DNA of 32,000 bases from a bacterium (GCA_963652165.1 CAVJRM010000001.1:91793-123792); one strand, 5' to 3'; shown: positions 17,202 through 26,037, counted from the first letter of the stretch. Program-made: numbers and translations. Notes: generated by a model from the sequence alone, not told the origin.

Positions 17202-19043
17202 GTGAACGAAAATTTGAAAGCTCTTAGAAAAAAGGCAATGAGCCTTCCTCTTACTCCCGGCGTTTACCTAATGAAAGATAAAACCGGTAAAATAATTTAC
17301 GTAGGAAAAGCAAAAGCTTTAAAGAACAGAGTCAGTCAATATTTCGGCTCACAAAACACCCACACTCAAAAAGTACGCAAAATGGTTGAAAATGTTGCAG
17401 ACTTTGACTATATTTTATGCGGCAGTGAATTTGAGGCTCTCGTGCTTGAATGCTCACTCATAAAACAGCACTCCCCAAAATATAATATTCTGCTTAAAGA
17501 CGATAAGGGTTACAGCTACATAAAAGTAACTCAAGGTGAATGGAAAAATTTTTATGCCGTAAAGCAAAAAGACGACACAGGCGCCGAATACATCGGGCCT
17601 TATATGAATTCTTTCGGAATATCCAACGCAATTTCAAATGCAAAAAAGATATTCAAAATCCCGTCTTGCAGTAAAAAATTTCCGAAAGAATACGGAAAAA
17701 GCCGCCCCTGTCTTAACTATTCAATAGGCCAATGTTCTGCCCCCTGTGCCGGAAAAATCAGCAAAGAAGCACACAACGAAGCCGTTAATCAGGCTCTTGA
17801 TTTCATAGTTAACGGCTCAGGAACAGTTGTAAAAGAGCTTACAGAAAAAATGGAGGCAGCTGCCGAAAATCTTGAATTTGAAAAAGCAGCAAAGCTCCGT
17901 GACACAATTAACTCCATTAAAAAGGTTACTGATAAGCAAAAAGTTGTGGCCGCTGCAGTTGAAGAGCAAGATGTTTTTGCAATAGTCGGAGCAGCTGACG
18001 GCATAAATCCAAAGGCCTGCCTTTCTGTGCTTAGGTTCAAAAAATCCCGTTTGTATGAAAGCGAGCATTTCTTCATAGATTATCCCGAAGATTTACCATC
18101 GGCAAGATATGAACTGCTGAGAAGTTACTATTCAATGAGAGATTCAATTCCGCCGAGAGTAACGGTTGACGGTGATGTAGAAGAAGGTGAAGTGCTGGAA
18201 GAATGGCTATCTTCACTTGCAGGAAGAAAAGTGCATATATTTGTGCCTCAAAGAGGAGAACAACATTCTTTAGTTGATATGTGCCGTTCCAACGCTGCGC
18301 AAAAATTGTCAATTTATCTTGGAAGAAAAGGCAAATATACTGCCGCTCTTGATGAATTAGGTCAATTATTGGGCCTTAAGACTCCTCCCCGATATATTGA
18401 ATCTTATGATATTTCACACACTGCCGGTTCAAACAATGTGGCAGGAATGATAGTTTTTAAAGACGGACTGCCGCTTAAAAAGGCATATAAGAGATTTTCA
18501 ATAAAAGGCTTTTCGGGGCAGGATGATTACGGCTCTATGGCAGAAATTCTTGACCGCAGGTTTACAGAATATGAGAATAACAAAGGCAGTAATGAAGGTT
18601 TCGGGATTTTACCTGATTTAATACTTCTTGATGGCGGTAAAGGTCAAGTAAATGCCGTTATTCCCGTTATGAAAGCTCATAACATAAACGTGCCAATATT
18701 CGGTATGGTAAAAGATTCTCACCACAGAACAAGGGCAATAGCTACCTCCGGTGAAGAAATTTCCATGACATCAAAAAGAGCCGCTTTTACCCTTGTAGGT
18801 TCAATTCAAGAAGAAGTGCACAGATACTCCGTAGCATATCATCATCAAAAAAATAAAAAATCAACTATTTCAACAACGCTTACATACATTGAAGGCATCG
18901 GAGAAGGCAGAGCGAAAGCCTTGTTAAAGCATTTCAAAACATTGAGAGCAATATCCGAAGCAAGTGTGGAAGAGCTTTCAAAAGTTAAAGGAATGACTGC
19001 CTCATCCGCACAAAATGTTTATAACGCCTTTAATGAAAAATAA
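17202..19043 (+). CDS. uvrC: Excinuclease ABC subunit C, UvrC
   Basis: It has an N-terminal GIY-YIG domain (PGVYLMKDKTGKIIYVGKAKALKNRV), a UVR domain (EKMEAAAENLEFEKAAKLRD), a RNase H-like endonuclease domain and a C-terminal (HhH)2 (IEGIGEGRAKALLKHF). The start is GTG 17202, after AAGGTGGTG. Confidence 0.95.
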   Translation: MNENLKALRKKAMSLPLTPGVYLMKDKTGKIIYVGKAKALKNRVSQYFGSQNTHTQKVRKMVENVADFDYILCGSEFEALVLECSLIKQHSPKYNILLKDDKGYSYIKVTQGEWKNFYAVKQKDDTGAEYIGPYMNSFGISNAISNAKKIFKIPSCSKKFPKEYGKSRPCLNYSIGQCSAPCAGKISKEAHNEAVNQALDFIVNGSGTVVKELTEKMEAAAENLEFEKAAKLRDTINSIKKVTDKQKVVAAAVEEQDVFAIVGAADGINPKACLSVLRFKKSRLYESEHFFIDYPEDLPSARYELLRSYYSMRDSIPPRVTVDGDVEEGEVLEEWLSSLAGRKVHIFVPQRGEQHSLVDMCRSNAAQKLSIYLGRKGKYTAALDELGQLLGLKTPPRYIESYDISHTAGSNNVAGMIVFKDGLPLKKAYKRFSIKGFSGQDDYGSMAEILDRRFTEYENNKGSNEGFGILPDLILLDGGKGQVNAVIPVMKAHNINVPIFGMVKDSHHRTRAIATSGEEISMTSKRAAFTLVGSIQEEVHRYSVAYHHQKNKKSTISTTLTYIEGIGEGRAKALLKHFKTLRAISEASVEELSKVKGMTASSAQNVYNAFNEK

Positions 19044-19100
19044 GTTCTTGTAAATTTATTAGAATTATTGTATAATCCACCATCGGAACGGAGGTTCACT

Positions 19101-20372
19101 ATGTTTATAGATGTAGCCAAAATTAAGATAAAAGCAGGTAACGGCGGCAACGGTGCCGTTAGTTTCCGCAGAGAAAAATATGTAGCTGCCGGTGGGCCTG
19201 ACGGAGGCGATGGCGGTAAGGGTGGAAATATCGTGTTCAAGGTTGATACAAACCTTGCCACTCTTTCAGATTTCAGATACAAGCGTAAATATACCGCTCC
19301 GAACGGCGCTAACGGCTCAGGTGGCCGAAAAAACGGCAAAAACGGCGAAGATCTTATCATTTATGTGCCAAAAGGCACAATTATACGTGAAGCCGAAAGC
19401 GGTGCAGTTATGGCGGATATGTCCACAGACGAGCCTTTTGTTGCCGCAAAAGGCGGCAGAGGCGGATGGGGTAACCCACACTTTGCAACCCCCACAAGAC
19501 AAGTTCCGAGGTTTGCAAAAGACGGCACTCCCGGTGAAGAATGGGAAGTAAGCCTTGAATTAAAACTTCTTGCGGATGTTGGACTTCTCGGTTTTCCAAA
19601 TGTTGGAAAATCCACTCTTATTTCTGTTGTAAGCGAAGCTAAGCCCATTATTGCAAACTATCATTTCACCACAATAACGCCCGTGCTGGGCGTTATAAAT
19701 ATGGGCGGTGGAAACTCCTTTGTTATGGCTGACATTCCCGGGCTTATTGAAGGCGCCGGTGACGGAGTAGGTCTCGGCCATGAATTTTTACGCCATGTTG
19801 ACCGTTGCAGGCTTCTTTTGCATATACTTGATGTTGCCGGCAGCGAAGGCAGAGACCCCATAGATGATTTTGAAATAATCAATAAAGAGCTTATAAAGTT
19901 TAATCCGGAGCTTGCCGAAAGGCCTCAAATTGTTATCGGCAATAAAATTGACCTTGCCACAGATGAACAGAGAGAATCTGTAAAAAATCACTTTGAGGGC
20001 TTAGGATATGAATACTATGAGATGTGTGCTCCCATACAGGAAGGCACAACCGAAATAGTAAACGCCCTTTGGAATAAACTCCAAACTCTTCCACCCATAA
20101 GGCAATATGAACAGGAATCAATACCCGCCGAAATATTTGAAAAAACTGATGATAAAAGCTTCACAGTACGAGTTGAGGATAACGTTTATTTCGTTGAAGC
20201 TCCATGGCTTCTTAAAATCCTTCAAAGATGCGACCTTGATGATTATGAATCCTTACAGTATTTTCAAAGAGTTTTGTTATCAAGTGGTATTATAGATGCC
20301 CTTCACGAAAAAGGCATAAATGAGGGCGATACTGTTTCTATTTATGACCTTGAGTTTGATTTTGTTAACTGA
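19101..20372 (+). CDS. obg: GTPase Obg/CgtA
   Basis: MFIDVAKIKIKAGNGGNGAVSFRREKYVAAGGPDGGDGGKGGNIVF is the Obg fold. G motifs are GFPNVGKST and DIPGLIEGA, and there is a C-terminal OCT/TGS-like domain. The start is ATG 19101, with GGAGG at 19090-19094. Confidence 0.95.
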   Translation: MFIDVAKIKIKAGNGGNGAVSFRREKYVAAGGPDGGDGGKGGNIVFKVDTNLATLSDFRYKRKYTAPNGANGSGGRKNGKNGEDLIIYVPKGTIIREAESGAVMADMSTDEPFVAAKGGRGGWGNPHFATPTRQVPRFAKDGTPGEEWEVSLELKLLADVGLLGFPNVGKSTLISVVSEAKPIIANYHFTTITPVLGVINMGGGNSFVMADIPGLIEGAGDGVGLGHEFLRHVDRCRLLLHILDVAGSEGRDPIDDFEIINKELIKFNPELAERPQIVIGNKIDLATDEQRESVKNHFEGLGYEYYEMCAPIQEGTTEIVNALWNKLQTLPPIRQYEQESIPAEIFEKTDDKSFTVRVEDNVYFVEAPWLLKILQRCDLDDYESLQYFQRVLLSSGIIDALHEKGINEGDTVSIYDLEFDFVN

Positions 20373-20384
20373 TTCGGTGATTTT

Positions 20385-20789
20385 ATGTTAATTGATAAAG
20401 AAGTAAAGCTTACATCTCTCAGCCCCTTGGCTCTTGCATTTATCGGAGATACGGTTTTTGATATTCTCATAAGAAGTGAGCTTGTGTGTGAGGCAAATAG
20501 GCCCGTTAAAGAGCTTCATAAAGAGGCAGTCTCAAAGGTTTGTGCCGCCGCGCAAGCAAGTTATATAAAAAAAGTTCTCCCCTTGCTCTCGGAAGACGAG
20601 AAAGAAATATTCAAAAGGGGCAGAAATGCTCACACAGGTACAGTACCGAAAAATCAAAGCAGTGCCGATTACCATTATGCAACAGGCCTTGAGTGCCTTT
20701 TCGGTTGGCTTTACCTCAGTGGAAAAAATGAGAGAATCAAAGAGCTTTACGAGCTTATGAAAGAGGATAGAAATGACGAAAATAACTAA
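20385..20789 (+). CDS. mrnC: Mini-ribonuclease 3 (Mini-III, 23S rRNA maturation)
   Basis: It is 134 aa and has LAFIGDTVFDILIR... plus RGRNAH...YHYATGLECLFGWLYL, the RNase III-like catalytic signature of Mini-III. Confidence 0.85.
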   Translation: MLIDKEVKLTSLSPLALAFIGDTVFDILIRSELVCEANRPVKELHKEAVSKVCAAAQASYIKKVLPLLSEDEKEIFKRGRNAHTGTVPKNQSSADYHYATGLECLFGWLYLSGKNERIKELYELMKEDRNDENN

Positions 20790-21651
20790 AAACGATGCCG
20801 TAAGTCTTCTTAAAGAAACGGGAATATGGGTTGTAGGCTGCTTGCTTTATTCCATAGGAGTAAATGTATTTGTGCTGCCGAATCACCTTGCACAAACGGG
20901 AATGACAGGCGCATCGGTTATAATTCACAGATTAACAGATTGGCCCGTCGGTACTGTGGGATTGGTACTGAATATTCCCCTTTTAGTCTTGATGTGGCTC
21001 TTCCTCGGAAGAAAGAGCTTTGCCAAAACAGTATGGGCAACGGTGCTTCTTTCCCTTTGCCTTGATGCCGTGGCTTTCGTGGTTTCAAAATACGGAATTG
21101 AATACACAAACGATAAAATTCTCGCTTCTCTTATTACCGGTGTGCTCGAGGGCTCCGGCCTCGGATTGATTATGACCACAGGTGCTACAAGCGGCGGAAC
21201 GGATATTATAGGCAAGCTGGTAAATAAAAGATGGTCTCACATTACCGTTGGTACTATAGTTATGCTAAGCGACGCTACAATTGTTTTAATCTACATGATA
21301 GTTTTCAAAACTATTGACAGTGGTCTTTATGCTCTTATTGTTGCTTTCGTAAGTTCAAGATGTATGGATTCTCTTCTTTACGGTATGGGCAACGGCAAGT
21401 GCATTATGATATTCACCGATAAAGCCGATGAAGTTTCCAAGGCCATGATTTCAAATTCTCCCAGAGGCGTTTCAATTTTGCCCGCAAAAGGTGCATACAG
21501 CGGAGAGGACAGAAACATGCTTATATGCGTTGCTCGTAAACACGAAATAAGAAGGCTTATAAAAATAGTTAAATCCGTTGACAGCAAGGTATTTATCATA
21601 GTAAGCGAAGCAAATGAAATTTTAGGCAACGGATTTAATACGGATTTTTAA
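20773..21651 (+). CDS. YitT-family membrane protein (DUF2179 C-terminal domain)
   Basis: It has about 5 TM helices with the TGGTDI motif (GATSGGTDIIGK), followed by a soluble C-terminal domain. It overlaps the end of mrnC by 17 nt. Confidence 0.8.
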   Translation: MTKITKNDAVSLLKETGIWVVGCLLYSIGVNVFVLPNHLAQTGMTGASVIIHRLTDWPVGTVGLVLNIPLLVLMWLFLGRKSFAKTVWATVLLSLCLDAVAFVVSKYGIEYTNDKILASLITGVLEGSGLGLIMTTGATSGGTDIIGKLVNKRWSHITVGTIVMLSDATIVLIYMIVFKTIDSGLYALIVAFVSSRCMDSLLYGMGNGKCIMIFTDKADEVSKAMISNSPRGVSILPAKGAYSGEDRNMLICVARKHEIRRLIKIVKSVDSKVFIIVSEANEILGNGFNTDF

Positions 21652-21653
21652 TA

Positions 21654-21683
21654 TTGACAAGTGATATATTTTCGTATTATAAT
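21654..21683 (+). promoter_or_regulatory. Candidate sigma-A promoter of yebC
   Basis: TTGACA (21654-21659), 18 nt, then TATAAT (21678-21683). Confidence 0.5.
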
Positions 21684-21720
21684 TTTAAAGTTAAAATTCG
21701 ATTTGAAATGAGGTTTATGT

Positions 21721-22458
21721 ATGTCAGGACATTCCAAATGGAGTACCATTAAGCGCAAAAAAGAAAAAACCGATAATGCAAGAGCAAAGGTATTCACAAA
21801 AATAGGTAGAGAAATTGCAGTTGTAGTTCGTGAAGGCGGCCCTGATCCTGCAAGCAACTCAAAGCTTAAGGATGTTATTGCCAAAGCAAAGGCAAACAAC
21901 GTTCCCAACGATAACATTGACAGAATTATCAAGAAGGCTGCCGGTGAACAAGGCGGAGCAAACTATGAAACAATAATCTACGAAGGCTACGGCCCCAAGG
22001 GAGTTGCCGTTATAGTTGAAGCTCTAACAGATAACCGTAACAGAACAGCCGGCGATGTTCGTCATTACTTTGATAAATACGGCGGAAACATGGGCCAAAG
22101 CGGCAGCGTTTCTTTCCTTTTCACAAAGCAAGGCGTTATCCTTGTTGAGAGCGAAGATGTCGATGAAGAAAAGCTCATGGAAGATGCTCTTGAAGCAGGC
22201 GCCACAGACTTTCTTACCGATGAAGGAATCTTTGAAATCCGTACCGATCCATACGATTGCGGTGCAGTAAGCGAAGACCTTGCAGCAAAAGGCTATAAAT
22301 TCCTTTCAGCTGAAGCAGCATATATTCCTTCAACTTTCGTAACTCTTACCGAAAAAGAAGATATGGATAATATGAACAAAATGCTTGAAATGTTTGAGGA
22401 TAACGATGACATTCAAGGCGTATGGCACAACTGGGAAAACACAGACGATGCCGAATAA
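21721..22458 (+). CDS. yebC: YebC/PmpR-family DNA-binding transcriptional regulator / translation factor
   Basis: MSGHSKWSTIKRKKEKTDNARAKVFTKIGREI... is the invariant N-terminus of the YebC family. The protein is 245 aa. Confidence 0.93.
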   Translation: MSGHSKWSTIKRKKEKTDNARAKVFTKIGREIAVVVREGGPDPASNSKLKDVIAKAKANNVPNDNIDRIIKKAAGEQGGANYETIIYEGYGPKGVAVIVEALTDNRNRTAGDVRHYFDKYGGNMGQSGSVSFLFTKQGVILVESEDVDEEKLMEDALEAGATDFLTDEGIFEIRTDPYDCGAVSEDLAAKGYKFLSAEAAYIPSTFVTLTEKEDMDNMNKMLEMFEDNDDIQGVWHNWENTDDAE

Positions 22459-22471
22459 TTAAAAATTTAAG

Positions 22472-22511
22472 AGCTGTATTTCGCTTAACTTTGTGAAATA
22501 CAGCTTTTTTC
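22472..22511 (+). terminator. Rho-independent terminator after yebC
   Basis: AGCTGTATTTC-12-nt loop-GAAATACAGCT followed by TTTTTTCG. Confidence 0.8.
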
Positions 22512-22520
22512 GTTATAGGG

Positions 22521-22549
22521 TTGAATTTTAAAAAGCATTAGAGTATAAT
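22521..22549 (+). promoter_or_regulatory. Near-consensus sigma-A promoter of queT
   Basis: TTGAAT (22521-22526), 17 nt, then TATAAT (22544-22549). Confidence 0.65.
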
Positions 22550-22553
22550 CTCC

Positions 22554-22620
22554 CCTGTCAGTTCGCAAAATCCTGACCAGGCAAAATTTTATTTGTCTTC
22601 TAAAAACAAAACTAAGGAGA
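22554..22620 (+). ncRNA. Candidate preQ1-responsive riboswitch leader of queT (class unresolved)
   Basis: Hairpin GUCAG-UUCGCAAAAUC-CUGAC (22557-22577) has a loop resembling preQ1-I loops, with a C immediately 5' of the closing strand. A tail AACAAAACUAAGGAG (22605-22619) is like the A-rich tail plus SD of preQ1-I. A second hairpin (22579-22598) sits between them. QueT genes are classically preQ1-riboswitch controlled. Confidence 0.4.
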
Positions 22621-22627
22621 AAACTCA

Positions 22628-23161
22628 ATGAAAAACAAACGCACGGTGTTTATCACCCAAGCGGCGATTATTGCCGCTATGTACGCAACGCTTACTTATG
22701 CACAAAACTTTTTACTGCCCGGCACAACATCTATGGCAGTTCAGTTCAGGGCATCGGAAGCTCTTAATGTGCTTGCGCTGTTCACTCCGGCAGCAATTCC
22801 CGGTTTAACCATAGGATGTGTTATTTCAAATCTATACAATATCGGCGGAGGGCTTCCTCTCGATATGGTTTTCGGAACTCTTGCAACTCTATTTGCAACG
22901 ATATGTATTTATCTACTTAGAAAAATACATGTAAAGGGGTTCCCCTTTGCAACTGTGCTTATGCCTGCATTGTGGAACGGTGCCATAGTGGGATGGGAAA
23001 TCGAGCATTTTTATATTGAGGGAGATTTTGAATTTATAGGCTTTTTAACTCAAGGTGGCTTGGTAGCTCTCGGTGAACTTTTGGTAATGCTTACATTAGG
23101 CACTTTTCTTTACGGTATCATCAAAAAGAGAAAACTTAATAAACAACTCTTAACCCATTAA
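22628..23161 (+). CDS. queT: Queuosine-precursor transporter QueT (ECF-type S component, COG4708-like)
   Basis: It is a 177-aa polytopic membrane protein. AAIIAAMYATLTY...VQFRASEALNVLALFTPAAIPGLTIGCVISNL matches my recollection of the QueT-family pattern. AGGAG lies 8 nt before the ATG. Confidence 0.75.
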   Translation: MKNKRTVFITQAAIIAAMYATLTYAQNFLLPGTTSMAVQFRASEALNVLALFTPAAIPGLTIGCVISNLYNIGGGLPLDMVFGTLATLFATICIYLLRKIHVKGFPFATVLMPALWNGAIVGWEIEHFYIEGDFEFIGFLTQGGLVALGELLVMLTLGTFLYGIIKKRKLNKQLLTH

Positions 23162-23164
23162 AAT

Positions 23165-23197
23165 AAAGGCTCTTGCGATTTTGCAAGAGCCTTTTTC
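23165..23197. terminator. Bidirectional rho-independent terminator shared by queT (+) and the HAD phosphatase gene (-)
   Basis: AAAGGCTCTTGC-gatttt-GCAAGAGCCTTTTT is a perfect 9-bp GC-rich stem flanked by an A-tract and a T-tract. Confidence 0.8.
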
Positions 23198-23202
23198 AAA
23201 TA

Positions 23203-23988
23203 TTAAATGTACTGTGCAAGTTCTTTTAGATTTTCCACTTCAACACTTGCCTTTATATCCTGAGATGCATACTCTTCAGGGTTGGTTACGCCACTGTAAA
23301 CCAGCGCACAAGGTATGCCGTGATTTGCTCCTATTGCTATATCCGTTGCGAGTCTGTCTCCGACGAAGGCAAGTTCTTCGCCTTTACAGTTGAGAAGCTC
23401 CGTTATATAGTCTACGGTCGCTGTCATAGGCTTTCCAAGCACCTGCGGGCGCTTGCCTGTGGAAGCTGCAAACATTTCTATCATTGAGCCTGTATCGGGC
23501 TTAAATCCATCGGCAGTGGGGCAGTTAACATCCGGGTGTGTTGCAAGGTAAATTGCGCCATCGTAAATATATTTTGCCGCTTTTCTGATTTTTTCGTATG
23601 TCAGTGTAGTATCAAATCCCAGCAAAACTATATCGGGATTTTCATCCACAAGATTTATTCCCGCTTTTTTCATATCCTCGGTTAATCTTTCGTTACCGAG
23701 AAGATAAACTTTTTTATTCGGGTAATTTTTGTTGATATAAGATGCAGCAACATGAGAAGAAATTATTACTCTTTTTTCATCCACGGGGTAACCCATTTTT
23801 GCAAGCTTTTCTCTGCACACTTCCACATTATTTGAAGAGTTATTTGTGAAAAAATAAAAATCTCTGCCCGTTTCTCTCACTTTATTAAGAAAATCTATTG
23901 AGCCTTCTATGATGTTACCGCTTAAATAAAATGTTCCATCCATATCAATGATGAAATATTTTGTCTTTTCAAAAATTGTTTTGTCCAT
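23203..23988 (-). CDS. HAD-IIA family sugar/nucleotide phosphatase (NagD/YutF-like)
   Basis: Motifs are DMDGTFY (DxDGT nucleophile), FFTNNSS and VGDRLATDI. I moved the start to ATG 23988 (MDKTIFEK), preceded by GAGG. The track start, GTG 24009, lies inside a hairpin. Confidence 0.85.
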   Translation of the reverse strand: MDKTIFEKTKYFIIDMDGTFYLSGNIIEGSIDFLNKVRETGRDFYFFTNNSSNNVEVCREKLAKMGYPVDEKRVIISSHVAASYINKNYPNKKVYLLGNERLTEDMKKAGINLVDENPDIVLLGFDTTLTYEKIRKAAKYIYDGAIYLATHPDVNCPTADGFKPDTGSMIEMFAASTGKRPQVLGKPMTATVDYITELLNCKGEELAFVGDRLATDIAIGANHGIPCALVYSGVTNPEEYASQDIKASVEVENLKELAQYI

Positions 23989-24001
23989 AGTGTCCTCAAA
24001 A

Positions 24002-24027
24002 TACGCCACTCAAAACTGAATGGCGTA
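24002..24027 (-). terminator. Terminator/attenuator-like hairpin between the coiled-coil gene and the HAD gene
   Basis: TACGCCA-12 nt-TGGCGTA. It is followed on the minus strand by TTTTGAGG (which overlaps the HAD SD) and on the plus strand by CCTTTTTTATT. Confidence 0.4.
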
Positions 24028-24033
24028 CCTTTT

Positions 24034-24807
24034 TTATTCCGTTAAATTTGAATTTGCCTCATTTGCCGTAAGTGACCTGATGCTATTGCGAGCCGACTGC
24101 AATTCTTTTAAACTCTTTGCTACAGCCTCATCTGCTTGATTCATGATGCTGTCAATGAATTCCGTTGCCGAAAGTCTGATTTCAGATGACCACTTATTTG
24201 CTTTTTCAACTGTTTGAGCAGCTTTATCATCGGCCTGTTTTGTGGTGTACTCAAACTGTTCGTTTGCCGCATTTATGATAGATTCGGCTTGTGCATTTGC
24301 ATTTGCCACAGTCTGCTGTGCCTGAGCATTTGCGGACTCGGTAAGACTATCCGCCTTCGCCTTAGCCTCAATAACAATTATGCTGTCATCAACCATTTGG
24401 GCAGCTTGTGTTTGAGCCTCTGCTTTTATTTCAACCGCTTCGGAATTTGCGTTATTGACAATTTGAGCAGCCTGTGCATCTGCCTCAGCAACCTTATTTT
24501 TGCAATAATCTTCTGTTTTAAGAACAAGGGTTCTTACTTTATCCTCGGCAGCGGAAACAAGAGCTCTTGACTTTTCCTGTGCTGCTGTAACCACGTTTAC
24601 GCTCTCGGATTTCGCCTTTGCAAGAATGTTATTTCTATCTGCGACAATAAGCTTAGCTTGAGCAATTTCTTTTGGGAGGCCTGCACGAATTTCATCTATT
24701 GTAGCTCTGATAGCTTCTGCATCAACGGCAATTTTACCGCCCCTGAGAGTTTTTGAGCCGGATTCAATAATATCATCAATTTGATTTAAAAGTTGGTCTG
24801 TATTCAT
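24034..24807 (-). CDS. Ala/Gln-rich coiled-coil protein of unknown function (resembles ATP-synthase subunit b / V-ATPase stalk-like annotations)
   Basis: It is 257 aa and predicted almost entirely helical, with repeated A-x-A-Q-A-A-Q-x-V-x-x-A-N units (AEADAQAAQIVNNAN, AEAQTQAAQMV, ANAQAQQTVANANAQAESIINAAN, ADDKAAQTVEKAN). Its ATG overlaps the coaD stop (ATGA). Confidence 0.55.
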   Translation of the reverse strand: MNTDQLLNQIDDIIESGSKTLRGGKIAVDAEAIRATIDEIRAGLPKEIAQAKLIVADRNNILAKAKSESVNVVTAAQEKSRALVSAAEDKVRTLVLKTEDYCKNKVAEADAQAAQIVNNANSEAVEIKAEAQTQAAQMVDDSIIVIEAKAKADSLTESANAQAQQTVANANAQAESIINAANEQFEYTTKQADDKAAQTVEKANKWSSEIRLSATEFIDSIMNQADEAVAKSLKELQSARNSIRSLTANEANSNLTE

Positions 24808-25301
24808 CGATATTTATTCCTTTCTTTTATTCGTTTGATAATGTCATCACATACTTCTTCAGGCACAAATTCTTTTATATCTCCGCCAAATTCGCAAACC
24901 TGTTTTACAACGCTTGATGAGAGGAACATATTTTCCGCATTTGTTGTCATAAAAACAGTTTCAAGCTCCGGATTGAGCTTCTTATTGGTAAGAGCCTGCT
25001 GAAATTCATATTCAAAATCCGATACGGCTCTAAGACCTTTAACAACGGCGCAAGCTCCCTTTTTCTCTGCATATTCCGCAAGGAGGCCGCCGTACATATC
25101 CACCTCGGCATTTTCAATATCGGATATGCTTCTTTTAATAAGTTCAACACGCTCGGAAGCCGTAAAATAACTATCCGGCTTATGAAAATTTATCATTACA
25201 ACAACAATTACTTTATCAAATATTTTTGATGCCCTGCGAATAATATCTACATGGCCCTTTGTTACAGGGTCAAAAGAGCCGGGGCATATGGCAATACGCA
25301 T
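24804..25301 (-). CDS. coaD: Phosphopantetheine adenylyltransferase CoaD
   Basis: MRIAICPGSFDPVTKGHVDIIRRA carries the T/HxGH nucleotidyltransferase motif. The protein is 165 aa. Confidence 0.95.
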   Translation of the reverse strand: MRIAICPGSFDPVTKGHVDIIRRASKIFDKVIVVVMINFHKPDSYFTASERVELIKRSISDIENAEVDMYGGLLAEYAEKKGACAVVKGLRAVSDFEYEFQQALTNKKLNPELETVFMTTNAENMFLSSSVVKQVCEFGGDIKEFVPEEVCDDIIKRIKERNKYR

Positions 25302-25306
25302 TTTTA

Positions 25307-25843
25307 TCAGCCCTTTCTGAAAATTGTAACCGCTGTTTTGCTGTATTTGTAAGTTCTGTATTCGCTAAAACCTTCGGGAGAAACGGGTGTGCTATCCTTA
25401 AACGGATACTCGCAAATAACGATTCCGCCCTCTGCTACATAATCCGTAACTCTTTCAAGGGATTTTTCAAGCAAACCCGTTGAATATGGGGGATCAAGAA
25501 AGACTATATCATAGGTACGAATATTCATATTAAGAAATCCGATAGCATCCATTTGCACTATTTGGGATTCTTTTGTGAATTTTGTTTTTTCAACATTTTC
25601 TTTTATAACGCCGATAGCTCTTTTATCTTGGTCAACGAACGTTGCGCTGAGTGCTCCCCTGCTGAGTGCTTCAATTCCCATTTGACCTGAGCCTGCAAAA
25701 AGGTCAAGAACTCGACGGCCTTCTATTTCAAACTGAACGGCGCTGAAAACCGCCTCTTTAACTTTTTCTGTGGTAGGTCTTGTGGTTTCGCCCTCAAGGG
25801 TTTTAAGGCTCATTCCTCTTGCCGAGCCGGTAATAACTCTCAT
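25307..25843 (-). CDS. rsmD: 16S rRNA (guanine966-N2)-methyltransferase RsmD
   Basis: MRVITGSARGMSLKTLEGETTRPTTEKVKEAVF, LDLFAGSGQMGIEALSRGA and FLDPPY are present, and it shows the conserved rsmD-coaD pairing. Confidence 0.92.
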   Translation of the reverse strand: MRVITGSARGMSLKTLEGETTRPTTEKVKEAVFSAVQFEIEGRRVLDLFAGSGQMGIEALSRGALSATFVDQDKRAIGVIKENVEKTKFTKESQIVQMDAIGFLNMNIRTYDIVFLDPPYSTGLLEKSLERVTDYVAEGGIVICEYPFKDSTPVSPEGFSEYRTYKYSKTAVTIFRKG

Positions 25844-25878
25844 ATTATTCCTCCAAAACGGACAAAATAAATCAATAT

Positions 25879-25908
25879 ATTATTGCACTTTATTACGCTT
25901 CTTGTCAA
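25879..25908 (-). promoter_or_regulatory. Candidate promoter of the rsmD-coaD operon
   Basis: The minus strand shows TTGACA (25908-25903), 18 nt, then AATAAT (25884-25879), with a TGn extension. Confidence 0.4.
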
Positions 25909-26037
25909 GTATTTTAGGCAGCCTATATTATTTAACTAATAATAAATTGTTAAAATTTTAAAAATAATATTTATTTTTTCATCTCGATGTGCTATACTGC
26001 TGTATAATTATTTAAGATGGCGAAGGCAGGTGAAAAA

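Noticed and set aside
23181-23393. A 70-aa plus-strand ORF starts after queT.
   Set aside because: It starts inside the bidirectional terminator and is antisense to the C-terminal part of the HAD phosphatase gene. It has no SD.
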